From assembly GCF_009914755.1 (NCBI RefSeq), contig NC_060926.1: a stretch of DNA of 64,000 bases. One strand, given 5' to 3'. The notes beneath the pieces were generated by a model. It was not told where the DNA came from. It saw only the letters and a list, made by a program, of their open reading frames with translations, and did not search any database. The translations under genes were made by a program, and so were the position numbers. This document shows, one piece after another, positions 31,165-46,785 of this stretch (positions are counted from its first letter, which is position 1; every line of letters begins with the position of its first letter). The stretch is from the human T2T-CHM13v2.0 reference genome, Homo sapiens.

Positions 31165-32335
31165 ATCAATCAAAACCACAATGAGATACCACTTCATATC
31201 TACTAGGATGGCCACAATGAAAAAGACAGACAATAACAGGTGTTGGCGAGGATATGGAGAAAGTTGAACCCTCATACGCTGCTGGGAGAATGTAAAATCA
31301 TGAAGAAGTTTTGACAAACAGTCTGGCAGTTCCTTCAGCAGTTAAGCTTAGAGTTATCATATGATATAGTTTGGATGTTTGTTCCTTGCAAATCTCATGT
31401 TGAAATTTGATCCTGGTGTTGGAGGTGGGGCCTGGTGGGAGGCGTTTGGGTCATGGGGGCGGATCCCTCATGAATTGCTTGGTACCCTCCCCATGGTAAT
31501 GGGCAAGTTCTCACTCTATTAGTTAAGGCAAGATCTGTTTGCTAAAAAACAGCCTGGCACCTCCTCGTCTCTCCTGCTCACTGTCTCACCATGTGACATA
31601 CCTGCTCCCCCTCCACCTTCTGCCATGAGTAAAAGCTTCCTGAGGCCTCACCAGAAGCTGAGCAGATGCCAGTGCTATGCTTGTATAGACTGCAGAACTG
31701 TGGGCCAAATAAACCTCTTTTCTTTATAAATTACCCAGCCTCAGGTATTTCTTTATAGCAATGCAAAACAGATTAACATACCATATAGTATAGCCCAGCA
31801 CTTCCACTCCTAAGTATGTACCCAAGAGAAATGAAAACGTTTCCACACAAAAACTCACATATGAAAGTTCATGGAAGAATTATCCGTAATAGCCAAACAG
31901 AAAAAAAAACAACTCAAATGTCCATCAACTGATGAATGGTTAAACAAAATGTGATACATCCATGCAATGGAATATTATTTGGCCATAAAAAGAATAACAC
32001 AAGCTAGAATACGGATGAATCTTGAAAACATTATGCTAAGTGAAAGAAGCCGGAAACAAATGTTCCCATGTTGCATGACTCCATTTATATGAAACGTCCA
32101 GAATAGGCAGGTCCACAGAGACAGAAGGTTGTTTGCTGGGGGCTAGTGCTGTGGGATCAGGAATTAGGGAGTAATGGCTAAAGGGTGTGGGGTTTCTTTA
32201 TGGGGTAATGAAAATGTTCTGGAATTCATGGTGATAGTTACAGAACTCCATGGATATACTTTTAAAAACCCCTCTGATTCGTACATTTTTAAAAGATGGT
32301 TTTATGGTATGTGAATTATATCTCAATTAAAAAAT
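31165..32335 (+). mobile_element. L1MB 3' end interrupted by an MST LTR
   Basis: AATCAAAACCACAATGAGATACCAC (ORF2 end) through TATGGTATGTGAATTATATCTCAAT. Confidence 0.9.
31362..31780 (+). mobile_element. MSTB-type MaLR solo LTR
   Basis: TGATATAGTTTGGATGTTTG...AAGCTTCCTGAGGCCTCACCAGAAGCTGAGCAGATGCC; TSD TCATA/CCATA. Confidence 0.92.
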
Positions 32336-32876
32336 ATATATCCTCTTCCACAAAAGCACAGGTGGGTACCTGTCCGCATGGAAAACTTTTCTTAGGGCAG
32401 GACATTAAGACATTCATGCAGCATGTGTCTTTAGAAACTTACAACAAAAGGTGGCAATGAGTTCTGCCCTCACCTGTGAAAGGTAAACATCCTTTCTCCA
32501 GAAGAGCCTGCTAGCCAGGAAGGGCAGCTTGGAGCCTCTCACAAAAAGTCTGCAAGGAGCAGCCCAGTCCTGACTTCTCTGGGCACCTGGGAGTTGGATT
32601 CAGCATTCTGTGCAAACACACACACTTGGCCAGAAAGTCCTGAAGCCAGTTTCTTGTATGGACAACAGAGGAAGGTGCGAGGAGTGCTGGAAGTGAGGGG
32701 CCTGAAGGAGGACACAGCCAAATAAGATGAGACTTAGCTACACTGAGGTTGTCCCTGTAAGTCAATGGTGACCACTCTAAGGATAAGCCAGTAAGTCAGT
32801 GGCCAGCTTTCCCACTCTGCATATTTCTCTTACATTCCAGGTGACATCACCTGGGGTAGCAGACAACACCAGTTGC

Positions 32877-33017
32877 CAGTAGTTCTCAAAGAATGGTCCC
32901 TGGTCACTGGCATCACTGGGAAACCGGTGAGGGAGGAAACTGAGAGGAGGAGCAAAATCTCAGTTTGAACAAGCCCTCCAGGCAACTCCAGTGCACGCAA
33001 AGTTTGAAAACCACTGG
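32877..33017. mobile_element. MER5A, internally deleted
   Basis: CAGTAGTTCTCAAAG...AACAAGCCCTCCAGG...AAAGTTTGAAAACCACTG. Confidence 0.8.
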
Positions 33018-33260
33018 CCTGAGGTGGGCAGATCACTTGAGGTCAGGAGTTTGAGACCAGCCTGGCCAAAATGGTGAAACCCCATCTCTACTAAAAATAC
33101 CAAATAGCTGAGCATGATGGCCGTAATCCCAGCTACTCATGGGCTGAGGCAGGAGAATCGCTTGAACACAGGAGGCGGAGGTTGCAGTGAGCTGAGATCA
33201 TGCCACTGCACCCCAGCCCAGGTGACAGAGCTAGGCTCCATGGCAAATAAAGAAAAAAAG
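33018..33260 (+). mobile_element. 5'-truncated AluS
   Basis: TSD AAAACCACTGGC at the MER5A terminus. Confidence 0.92.
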
Positions 33261-33909
33261 AAAAACCACTGGCTTACACTCTGGCCGTGGTCACCTCTCT
33301 TCCTCATTATCAGAACCCTGGCTTTGCTTGGGAAAGTGGGAATCAGGACCACATGCTCAGGACAGAAGAGAGACAGACAGGGACTCAGGGCCACTGAGAG
33401 CACAGAGCTGCTGCACCTGCCCTGACCCACACACCTCTAGTCTAGGCTTGTGCGGTTGGGAAACTTAAACCCCTAATTTGCTGAAGCTGCTATTTTCAGA
33501 TTCCTGCTATTTACAACTGAATCCATTCTCTACCAGTGAACCTGGGGACAGGAAGTTCTGAAAACACCAGGTTTGTCCTGGTTGGAGAAGTGTGGGATTT
33601 TTCTCTTGCAGGAACCAAGCACATGGGCTGTCGTACACGCGAGGGGCCAGGGTTCAGAGCTAGATTTCTGGTTTCAGTTTCTCTGCAGGGCTGGGGCAGG
33701 CCAGCTGGGCCAGGCCATGGGTGAAGTGGGCGGGCTCTGACCAGAGTGCCAGGGGTGCCATCCCGGGTGCCCACGCCCTGCCCCCCTGCTTCAGCCTTAG
33801 CTGCTTTCTCCCAGGACCTGGCAGTTGACAACTCTCCCATGACAAAAAGTCTGCGCCTGGGTGGCTCCAGGGTCAGTTCAGTGACTCAATAACATGAAGC
33901 ACGCTGGCT

Positions 33910-34215
33910 TTTTATTTTTATTTTTGTATTTTTTTGAGACGGAGTTTCGCTCTTGTTGCCCAGGCTGTAGTGCAATGGCGCAATCTTGGCTCATGCAAAC
34001 TCCACCTCCTGGATTCAAGCAATTCTCCTGCCTCAGCCTCTCGAGTAGCTAGGATTACAGGCATGCACCACTATGCCCAGCTAATTTTGTATTTTTAGTA
34101 GAGACAAGGTTTCACCATGTTGGTCAGGCTGGTCTTGGACTCCTGACCTCAGGTGATGTGCTTGCCTTGGCCTCCGAAAGTGCTGGGATTACCGGCGTGA
34201 GCCACCACACCCAGC
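33910..34215 (-). mobile_element. AluSp/Sq
   Basis: GAGTTTCGCTCTTGTTGCCCAGG; full dimer. Confidence 0.95.
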
Positions 34216-34234
34216 CCCTAGCTTTTTATTTTAA

Positions 34235-34945
34235 TTCATTAATTAATTCAATAAAGATTTGTTGAATACCTATTAGATGCCAGGTGCTGCTCTAGGTGTT
34301 GGGGAATGGACCAGGGTGCTGCTCTCTGGAAGTTCACATTTGTGCATGTGTGAGAGTGATTGCGGGTCAGCATGTGAGTGAGAGAGTGTGTGTGCATGTA
34401 TCAGGGAGCGTGAGTGCATATGAGTGTGAGAGTTTGTGTGTGAGTGCATGTGCGTATGAGGAAGTGTAAGAGTTTGTGTGTGAGAATAAACAAGTCCTTA
34501 AAGTGTAAAGTGCTAATATGCACTCTGAAAAACAATAAGGCAGGAAAAGGGAATAGAACGATTAAGAAAGGGGTGCATTAGAAAGAGAGTGGTCAGAGGA
34601 TGCCTCTCCAAGGTGGTGACATTTACACAGGGAGCTGAAGCAAGTGGGTGAACAGGCCAGGTGTGGGCTGAGATCACTCCAGGCTGAGAGCATCCCAGGT
34701 GAAGCAGAACAGCTAGCGCAGAGGCCATGAGGCTGGAGCGTGCTGGAAACATTCAAGGATCAACAAGGAAGCCAGAGGTTGGCTTGGAGGGAGGGAGGGG
34801 GAGAGTAAAAGGATGAGATCAAAGAGGCAGTGGGGAGTCAGATCACATGGGGCTTTATGGATGTGGAATTTTATTCGTGGAGAGGGAGGGAGTCATCAGT
34901 GGGTTTTGAGGAGAGGAGCAATGAGTTCTGACTTCCAAACAGAGT
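34235..34945 (-). mobile_element. L2 3' region with embedded degenerate TG/GA repeat (34341-34483)
   Basis: TTCAATAAAGATTTGTTGAATACCTATTAGATGCCAGGTGCTGCTCTAGG...GGTCAGAGGATGCCTCTCCAAGGTGGTGACATTT. Confidence 0.8.
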
Positions 34946-35657
34946 CATCCTCACTACTGTGCACAGAACAGCCTGAGGGACGCCCACCATCCTCTGCTCC
35001 GCCATCCTCAGTGTTTTCACTTTACCTTTAGACTTCTGTCCTCCAGGTCACAGGATGGTTGCCATGGCTCCAAATGTGACACGTACACCTCACTCACGTC
35101 CAGGCTGCTGAGATCCGCAGATAAAACCAGATCACACCACAGATTTATGTTACTGTGAATTCACTGACCCCAGCCTCACTCCGCTCTCAACATTGCCTAG
35201 AAAACCTCCTCTATTTCCCCGGCAAGATTGTGCCCTTTCTCCACAGCAGCTATTTCCAATTATCATCATTTTCTTCAAACCTACAATACCACTACTCTCC
35301 CCTCAGTAGATGGTCAAGCTCTTATTTCGCAGAAAAAACAGAAACCATTAGGTGGAAATCCCCTCAGCTGCCACCAAACCTATCAGGAGGATCTTGTCGG
35401 CATCTGCCTCATCGCTCCTGCTTCCTCCGTGAGAGGCAGCCCTCGCAGGTGTAGAGGCAGTCCCATACCACCCCCTCCAGCACATTCTCAGGGATGCATC
35501 CTATTGCTCACCTCCTCTTTCCCTCCTGTGTTTTCAACATCTCCCTTCTCTACTGGCTTCTTCCCATCTTTTCCCCAGTCTTAAAAAGAAATAAACAAAC
35601 AAATGCTAAGTTAGAGACACCAAGCACAAAAGGTCACACACTGTAGGATTCCATTTA

Positions 35658-35789
35658 TTTTTTATTTTCAATATTTATTTTTTTGAATTTTAGTAGAGAT
35701 GAGGTCTCGCTTGAACTGAGGTTAAGTGATCCTCCCGCCTCAACCTCCCTGCGTGCTGGGACTACAGGTGTGACCCACCACACCCAGCC
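35658..35789 (-). mobile_element. FLAM
   Basis: Monomer; TSD AGGATTCCATTTA. Confidence 0.85.
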
Positions 35790-36009
35790 AGGATTCCATT
35801 TATATGAAATATTCAGTACAGGTAAATCCATAAAGACAGCAGATTAGTGGTTGCCTGGGGCTGAGGGGAGGGGGATGGGGAGTGACTGCTTATTGTGTAT
35901 GGAATCTTTTTTGCAGATGATGAAATGTTTTGGAACCAGAGAGAAGCGATGGCTGCACAACACTGTGAATGTACTCAATGCCACTGTACGCTTTAAAATG
36001 GCTAATTTT

Positions 36010-36348
<339 letters not shown>

Positions 36349-36489
36349 TTATGCAAATTTCACCTCAATAATAATAAGAAACAGACTCACAATGTCATAT
36401 TGTCTTCAGACACCTCAAACCTAATATGCTTAAAATTCAGCTCACCAACTGGCTCCTCACTCCCTATTTCAGTCAGTGGTGTCAGGTCC

Positions 36490-36665
36490 ACAATGTGTGG
36501 CCATACAGGTTGTAGCCTGCACAGAGGCCTCTAGCCAGGAGGAGTGTGGGAGACAGAATCCAGCCTATGCCACTCATAGGATGTCACCTTGGCAATAGCT
36601 ACTCCTGCTCAGCAGGCCCTGTTTCTAACTCTCACAAAGGTACCTTAAGGGCTGGAAGTGGACTG
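36490..36665. mobile_element. MER91-like element
   Basis: CAGGTTGTAGCCTGCACAGAGG...GAATCCAGCC...TTTCTAACTCTCACAAAGG. Confidence 0.55.
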
Positions 36666-37569
36666 GAAATAGAATTGCATGGCCCACCATTGTCGTGCGA
36701 GGCAGACACCTGAGCCTCATTCTTGACTTTTCTTTGAGCACACAGAACCATCACCCACACCATCCAGTCAGTTACTAAGTCTTGTCAATTCTTCTTTCTG
36801 TCCTCCTCCCTCCAATGCCACCAACCTGACTGGGCCACCATTATCTCTCACCTGCAAAGGTGGAGAACGTAGATTTCCCATCCCTGTGCTTCTAGAGCTA
36901 ACACGGCCAACTCACCTGGGGTGAGAGGTGTCCATGTTCCTCCATTAGGTGGAGCTCAGCAATGGAAAGACCATGATAAGTGCCGGGGACTCAGCCTCTT
37001 CTTCCCCTCCTCATCCTGGCCAGAGGAAGGCAGTGATTCTCCAGAGAAGACCCAGATGGATGCCTGGGTGGCTGCCCAAGGCCTAGACTGGAGGGAACCA
37101 TTGGGCAGGGAGTGACTGGAAACCCATTTGGCCCTCACAACAAAGGCACATTTGCTAACTGCTTATTCAGGAATAAAGGTGAGGTTTGACTTCCACGAGG
37201 AGGCCATCTGTGTCTATTTCTCAAACTGCTTTCACAGTGAGAATGAAAACAAATAATAATAATAATAACAATAATAATAAAGGGAGCCTGGATTACTAGT
37301 CTAGACTTTTCAAAAGGTTTTCTTTTCCATGTTCTACATAATAGCCAAAGTGATCCTTCTGACATGCAAATCCAATCATTCTGTTTCCCCTGAACAAAAC
37401 CATATCCTGGCATCTCATTGCCTTCATGATAAAATCCAACTCTTTAACAGGGCCTGAAGTACCCTTGGTGATCTGGTCCATGTTTAGCTCTCCAGACTCA
37501 ATTCTCACCACTTCCTTCCTTGCCCTCTCTGCTTGTTGGGCAGCCATGGAATTGCACCATCGAGGTCTC

Positions 37570-37880
37570 CGGCTGCAGGGAGCAGTCAAGTGACAGCCAC
37601 AGTTCCCGCCCTTCAGGATCCCTCACTGCATCCCTCCAAAGCCACACGTCCCCTGAGCTAATTCCAGCCAAAGGCTGAGCATAACACGGCACTAGCTTCT
37701 GCCTGATGGGGAATTCCTCTGAGGGCCAGCTTTGGCTCAGGGACTCCCCATCTGCCTGGCCAAAACCTTCTTAGAACCATGCTGCAGTCTGAGACTTTCC
37801 TCTCCAATCATCCTTCCTGCCCTGGCTCCTTCCATGGGGTCAGACCCACATCATGATTCAGAAGCTCCAGCAGAAAGCTC
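37570..37880 (+). mobile_element. LTR16A-like ERVL LTR fragment
   Basis: CTTTGGCTCAGGGACTCCCCATCTGCCTGGCCAAAACCTTCTTAGAACCATGCTGCAGTCTGAG. Confidence 0.75.
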
Positions 37881-38099
37881 TTCCTTTCGCTGCCTGCTCC
37901 TCCTGCTCTGTTAATGAACATGCCTGTCATACAGAACTACCTCCCATCATGTTCTGCTCTCCTCCCCTGGTTTTGTACATGCTGCTCCCTCTGCCTGGAA
38001 GATTCTCTCTTCTCTCCCTGACCCTTTCCCTGGTCAATCTCTATGCATCCTACAGGATCTAGCTTAGTGGTCACTTTGTTCACCCAAGACAGGCATTGA

Positions 38100-38470
38100 T
38101 GGCTCACCGTGGCCCAGGCATTGTTCTGGGAGTGCACTGGGGATGCAATAAGGAATACAAAATAGGTAAAGCCCCTGCGTTCACCAAGCTTACTTTGTGG
38201 TGGGTAAATGGTCAATAAACATATTTTTCAAAACAGATCCACAATCCGCTGGTAGAAAAGATCAGTACTGTAAAGAGAATAAAGCAGCATGAGGGCATGG
38301 AATGGAATGATAAAGGCGGCAGGGTGGGTAGGGATTGTTTTAGACAGAAAGATTGGAGAAGGCTCCTTGTGGAGGTGATGCCTGAGCAGAGTCCTGAATA
38401 ACATGAATGAGTGGGTCATGGAGCCATCTGGGGGAAGCTCTTTCCAGGCCAGGGGAAGGCATCCAGACAG
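38100..38470 (-). mobile_element. L2 fragment
   Basis: CCAGGCATTGTTCTGGG...GAGAAGGCTCCTTGTGGAGGTGATGCCTGAGCAGAG...TTCCAGGC. Confidence 0.7.
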
Positions 38471-38940
38471 CAGAGGGCAGCTGCAGTGGCCTGCCGCCCA
38501 TGGCTCTGGGGTGGGTGCCCCTCCTGTGGGCTCCTGCAGCCACTCTTGCTTCCCTAGCAGAGGGCATATGTACTAGTTAAGGGAAACTGGTTGACTGGTC
38601 TGCCTCTCCTTCAGACAGCCACCCGGTGAGGACAGGACACTTGCTCGTCAGCCTAACTGGTTAGTACCCTATCCCCTGAGCCTTGCACAGCTCTCGACAT
38701 GCAGTAAGTTCTGATGGCTGAATGCGTAATTACAATAATAGCTGTCCGTTCATGGAGCACTTACGGTGTGCCTGGCTCTGTGCTGAAGGTTTCACTCATA
38801 CTTTCTCACTTAGTATTCCTAACAGCAAAGTAGGTAGCATTATCATCCCCAGGTATACGGCCACAATAGGCTATTCACACTTTCTCTGCCAGGCCCAAGG
38901 AAACAGGCACAGAGAATTTAAATCACGTATCATGGCTCTA

Positions 38941-39230
<290 letters not shown>

Positions 39231-39819
39231 TCAGAGGCGTGAGGTGCCCCCAGCATGGTATGATTTAGAGGGTGGAATTCTAACAGAAGGCTCCTAGCAT
39301 TTTAGTGTCAGAAGGGACATTTAGAAGATCCCATCCCATCCGCTGCACACAGGGACGCTGAGTCAGAAGGCTGAGGTGACTCTCAGGCTGCCTTACTGTT
39401 TGCTCAAGCTTAAACTTGACAACAAGGATTACAAAAGCCATTTGATCAGAGGCCTGGCACTGCTTAACTGAAATGAGAAAACATGTTGCCGTAAGGATGA
39501 TTATGTAAAGGGGGGATGCGGTTCCCAGACTGGCCTTGCTCGTGTCTGCTGGAGCCCTGCCACAGTTACTCCAGCATCCTGCCCACACTGGCAAGCCCCG
39601 GCAGCCTTGGCCTGCTCTTTGCCTTAGCGTTGCCATGCTGCTTGCTTCAATGCCAACTGGCCCCATGTGCCGGCCACTCCCTGCCACTTTGGCAGTTCCT
39701 CTGGTGCTCCTGGCAGTGCCAGGCATTATGCCATGGTTCAGGCTTTCCCCACCCCTGGAGCAAAAGAAATGTGCAAAAGGCCCATCGTTCTTACCATGGG
39801 AGAGGATGCATTCAGCCCC

Positions 39820-39910
39820 ATCATTTTACAGCAGTGAAAACTGAGTCCCGGAGGGATGACGTGACTTGCCCAAGGTTCCAAAGCTGGTTGGGGACAGAGC
39901 CTAAGCAAGA
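39820..39910 (-). mobile_element. MIR core
   Basis: CATTTTACAGCAGTGAAAACTGAG...GTGACTTGCCCAAGGT. Confidence 0.7.
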
Positions 39911-41269
39911 CTCTTGTTCATGGTTTCTTCCTCCTTTGGGGCCTCTGCCTCCTCTCTGGCTCTCCTCTCTAGTGATCCCCATGCTGCTTCCCTCTCCAGA
40001 CCAGAAAGCTGTCTTCCTGTCCTCGCCCAAGGCCCCAGCATTAGTCCCAGCCGCCATCCCTCATGCCCCATCACCTCCTCTCTCAGCCTCTGCTCTGCTC
40101 TGCTCTGCTCTTGCCCCTCCAATCCATTCTCAAAAAAATAAGCCAGGTCACATTACTTCCCTACCAAAAGCCCCTGATCACTCCCCCTCACCCAGAGGAG
40201 GGATCCTTGGCATGGCATTCTGTTCCTCCCCAGCCTAGTCCTAACTGACCTCTGCAGGTTCATTCCTAAGGCGTCCCTACACACCCCTGACATTCCAGCC
40301 ACACTACTCAACTACCCCATAGGCTGCTGCGAGAATTAAATAACATCTGATAAGCCGACAGCACCTGGAGTGTAGTAAGAGCTGTCACCTGTGTGGGCTG
40401 GGCACTTCTCCACCAGACTAAATTCTAGAGCCCACCTGAGCTGGCTAGTGGGCGAGCACTGCTCTGCTCTCTGAGCCAGGACACATGTCCTTAGCTGTGA
40501 CCCTGGCCAGACCCTCACCTCCCCGGGTCCAGGTTACATGCCCCAAGAAAAAAGGTACAATGAAGAACCCCTCTGCTGTCCACGATTTCTCAGGAACTTT
40601 TTCGGTTTTTGAGAAAAAAATTTGAAGTGGTTCCTATGAAATGGCCACATGGTTTATTATTAGTTCCTGGCCCTCAAGAGCAGCGGGGAGCTACTGTCCC
40701 CCTTGGGTCCCTACCGTCATAGCTGCAGGTCTCAACTTGGGGCTGGGGAAAGACACCCGGAATATTCCCCATGGGGCACAGGGGTGGAACGGGCCGTAGG
40801 TGCTCTTTGTGTTCTAGCTACTCATTCGCACAGGAGGCACTTTCAGCCTTACAGGCTAAGGCATAAGAGCCCAACTTCATGAATGCATCGTATCACATCC
40901 AGAGGTGAGCTGTGGGCAGTGAGCGGTCCCAGTCGCAGCCTCCATGATGAAGGTAGATTCCTACCTGCTCTGAAAACCTGGCAGCTGTTGGCTCATGAGG
41001 TTACCCACCTGTCCATCTGTCTATCCATCCAATCATCCATCCATTTCTCCAGGGGACATTAACTTTGCCTCTTTCCCATGTTTATTTTCTGAACAAAACC
41101 CATTGGGAGAATAAAGAAGATCAGAAAAGCAAACCAGCTCTCCAAAACTCACTTTGATTTTTCCTTTCCCCCTCCCTCTTCCCTTTTTTCCTTTCTTATA
41201 CCTGGGGTACATATCGGGTGTCGTGCAAGATAAGTTACAAATAAGGATGAATTCAATTATCTCTCCTTT

Positions 41270-41880
41270 GTTATAGTTAATTTAGTTTCTGAAATATTTC
41301 AAACGAATGGACAAGTATGGAGAATAACATAACAGTCATAAAAGACCCATCGTCCACTCCAACGAACATTAACTTTTCACCATATTTGCTTTGAGGTTTT
41401 TGTTTTCTTAGGAAACAAAATGCCATGGGTCCAGTTGAAGTTGCCTTCCTCAACATCACTCCACCTCCTTTCTCTATGAGCTCTTCCCATCCAGTGTGGC
41501 GTCTTCTAGCAGGCTTTAGGCTTTTTACTAGGCCCCTAGGTTTAGACCCCGTAAACAATACATAGGATACCCCATAAACAACACAACATATTGTTTATGG
41601 GAGTTTTGGATTTCGGATTTTATGGGCATGATATCATACTGTGTGTCTCCTTTTGCGACTTGCTTTCTAATTTTATTGGATTCTTTAAAGTTTCATGTGT
41701 AATACATGCTGGTTATAACAAGTTCAAGCAACACAGAGATAGTAAGGAAAAGTTAATCATCTCCATCTGCCTGACTGTAATCCCACTGCCCCAGGTAACC
41801 ACTGCTAACAGTTTAACAAACGTCTTTCTGCACCTTTTCTGCTGCTCACACAAACATACACAGAGGCTTCATCATAAAAG
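41270..41880 (-). mobile_element. Old L1ME fragments
   Basis: GAAATATTTCAAAC...CATATTTGCTT; ATATCATACTGTGTGTCTCCTTTTGCGACTTGCTTT; CCCCAGGTAACCACTGCTAACAGTTT. Confidence 0.55.
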
Positions 41881-44107
41881 CTCATGAAATGCTGAAGAAA
41901 GAGCCAGAGAAAGTTCAGGACAGGCCAGAGAGCATTTAGGACCGGCAACATGAACAGACACGGCTCTCTGGTGCTACAGTAGTGAGAGGCAGCAGAGGAA
42001 GACGTGCAACCTCCCCTGCCGTTAACCCACATCCTGCTGGGTTTCCCCACTCACACCCCCCACGTGACAGGCCCAGTGGTCTCAGAGGTGTCCAGGGCCA
42101 GTGGTGAGCAGTGTCCTTTCTAATAAATGTCCTTAGACCTGGCAAATGGGGAGGGTCCAGGCCGTCACTCGCCGGCTAGGTGGCTGTGGCAAGTCTCTGT
42201 AGTAAAGGGGCCACGAGACCTCTGAAGTCCTTCCTGATTGATGATTGTCAATCAGATTGCTCTGGCAGAGAGATGAGCTGCTGCTGGGTCCGAGATGCGG
42301 AAGAGCCTTTGGGAAGCTAGACTGTTGTAACTCACACTCTGGCTTTAGTTGTGCCTGAGAAGGGATTCACAGATGATATGTGTTTTCTGACTGCTCCATG
42401 AACCAGGAATGAGTACACTGGATGCCAAGCAAGTTTCCAAGTGTTGGATTTTGTTTGTTTGTTTTCTTCTCTTTTTACTTTTTAAAAGTGTAATAGGACC
42501 AGACATGTTAAGCTCAGAGATGGACTGGAATGTTTTTTTGCCCTTGCCAAAAGAAAAAAAAGAATCAATCATTAGAGCTTAAGTTTTGTTTTGTTTTGTT
42601 TTGTTTTTCTTAATTAGTTTCATGTGACTGCAAAGCAGTAAGAGAAACTGAATGCAAGACTTTGGTCAGCTTCATCTGGGTGGTCTGTTCACTTGTTGAC
42701 CCTTGAGGCTGTAATAGCTTGGAGAGGAGCATAAACCTTGCTGGGACTTATAAATTGAGATTTGACATGATTTCTAAAGATCTCTCCAGTTGTTAAATTC
42801 TGCAATTCTTTGTGTTTTTTTTTTCACATGTATTCATTCAATAAACTTTTTTTAAGTGCCCAGTATGCGTCAATCATTGTCCTAATATTTGGGGATATCA
42901 GTGAAAAACCAGACAAACCCCCACCCTCATGGAATGAAGAACTCCTTACACACAATCTCAAACACAAGGACTTCCACTCTTCATCAATATTCCAATAATT
43001 CAGTCATGCACCTTTCAGAGTGTATGGATCCCCATAACACCCTCATGACAATGGGCAGGACAGGTATTCCTAGTGCCCTTTTCCAAATGGGCAGACCAAG
43101 AATGACTACATGTAGGAATGGAACCTCAGAATGAATGATATTGTAGTCTCGAAGGAGACACAGCAGAGGTGAAATGCCCCAGATCTCACTTCCTGGAGCC
43201 TCAGTCCAGCTCATCTCACAGAATGGGAAAATCTGCTGTGCACATCTTCTGATTTCATGCCAATGAGAAGCTTAAGTTTCCAGATCTGATTCAAAAAGCC
43301 AGTGGTGAATTCTGAAAAATGATACTGGGGTAAGAGAGGCTAGGATTCCCGACTCCTTGAGCAAATGAAGCTCCCTACCCTGCTTCATTTGTCCATAATG
43401 TTTAAAACCCCATTTGGCATCCTTAAAGTTGAAAATAGCTCTCTCATGCTTCATTTTTCCCTTTCTTTCCTTTTCCCTGGCCTGGTATTGGCCCCAACAG
43501 CAGCAGTCTACAGCCCCTATGCAGGCCGGGGCACTGACCCCTCCTCAGGCCCCAGTAGAGGGGCAGGTGGCCATTCAATCTCTTCCATTAATGCCTTCCA
43601 ATACCAGCCCAGGGATTCCCTAAATTGCCCAATGGGGCCTTTCCAGGGCCCTTAATAACTTGCCCACAGCCCTGGATCCCCTAGCTCTGGGCTCCTGGCC
43701 AATATTCTCCAAACTCTTTTCATGAGCAATGAAAGGGTTCTTTAGTGTTGCAGTCAAATGCAGGGTCTTTTCTCCCTTTTTCTTGGAGGGCTGTGAACCC
43801 TTTTCAGGCTGCTGCTGTCTCCCCAGCATGGCCCATCTATCAGAGAGTTCAGATCCCGAGTGTGCGCCCGCTGGGTGAAAAGGTGGCTTCTGTGGTGACT
43901 GGAGAGTTTGGAGCTCCCAACAAACTCTCAGGCAGCCTCAAGTTGGCAGCACAGACATAATAAATTATCTGAACCGAATCTGCTCCTAAAAATATGCTGC
44001 ATAGAACATTTTAGTGTGTTCATGAACTTCATGGCAAAAAAAAAAAAAAGAAAGAAAAAGAAAACTTTAGGATAACAAGCGTCTATATTTCATTAAAATA
44101 GAGAAAA

Positions 44108-44215
44108 GGGGTGGGGTGTGGTGGCTCACACCTAGCCCATTAAACCCAGCACTTTGGGAGGCCAAGGTGGAAGAACTGCTTGAGGACAGGAGTCTGAGAC
44201 CAGCCTGGACAACAT
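44108..44215 (+). mobile_element. FLAM / Alu left-arm fragment
   Basis: GTGGTGGCTCACACC...CCCAGCACTTTGGGAGGCC...GACCAGCCTGGACAACAT. Confidence 0.85.
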
Positions 44216-44387
44216 ATATTTGTATAAATTAAAATTTTAAAAAATAAAAAATGAAAAATAAATAAAATGGAGAAAATGATAATACATTGCCAACCTATCC
44301 AAACACTCCAATCAATATCCTCTTAATCACTAAAACACTCAAAACATTTATGTAAACATCCACCAAGGAGCTCTGAACAATAGAAAT

Positions 44388-44898
<511 letters not shown>

Positions 44899-45072
44899 TA
44901 TGAAACACTGAACAATTACCTAATTATTTAACATTGGGTGAAGTCATCAGTGGGTACCTTTGTGTTCAAGACACTTTCATATTGGATTGAGTTATGAGAT
45001 ATGAACTACATTTTACTTCTTCATCACAAAAATATAAAAATAGTGACATCACTTATTAAGAATCCACAGTGA

Positions 45073-45531
<459 letters not shown>

Positions 45532-46397
45532 TAATTTATGGGGGTTGTTTAGATCTCTTAGTCTCAATTGCTTTATTCATAGGCTTTTCAACTTTCTTAC
45601 AAGACATCTTCCCAATATGGCAGAACAACATAGACACGAGAGGCGCTTCTACCAGGAGGAGAGCTGAGATGTGCCTGTCGCACATCCTCCACCCTTCCAC
45701 TAGGACCTGAAAGGTTGCTGGAGAGCAGATTATAATAGTGTTTTGATTCATATAGCACATTTTTTTCTTTTCTTTTTTAAGCTACCAATTCTTGAGCCTG
45801 CATCACATAGCAAATTTTAAGTAAAAATGTTGCTAAGTCTCTATAACAAATGTTTGGAGAGTGAAAGTTCAGATGGTGGTTCTTACTCTTGGAGGAAGTG
45901 CTGATGAATCAATGGATGCTGGCCTCAGTTCCCAACCTGTCTAGGCACAGCAGGGTGATTCAGGAGTGAATTCCCAGTCCCTGAGGGCTAATAGACATTC
46001 CCAGACTATTTGTTTACACAACTGTCCTGGGAGTTGTTTAACTTCAGCCTCATTTCAGATGCAAAATATCACAAGTGCTTTCTCTTTGCAGGTCCAGAAG
46101 GAAATGTCAGGCGAAGATTTTATCTTCGTGTGAGGGCTCAAATGAAGAATCAGGAACCAACTAAGAGATTAATTCGCCAAATTACTACGGAGGTCTGTCA
46201 TGCCTGGGTGTGAGGAGGACAGAGATGATTAAAACAGGGGATGCTGACCTCTATGGGCTTACAATGTAGAGGAGTTGGAACTTGAGGTTGTAATGGAAAC
46301 CGAAAATTCAAGTCTTTTATCTCCTGGGGAAGGCCGTACCCAGGGTAATGCTTCTCATTTATTTATGTGTTAAATAACGTATTTTATAAACTTGACC

Positions 46398-46785
<388 letters not shown>

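Noticed and set aside
35857-35881. G-quadruplex-like tract
   Set aside because: Ordinary G-rich segment of the L1MB 3' UTR.
39516-40238. 240-aa ORF, the longest in the window
   Set aside because: Runs through a MIR core and L2-like pyrimidine tracts; no domain or splice evidence.
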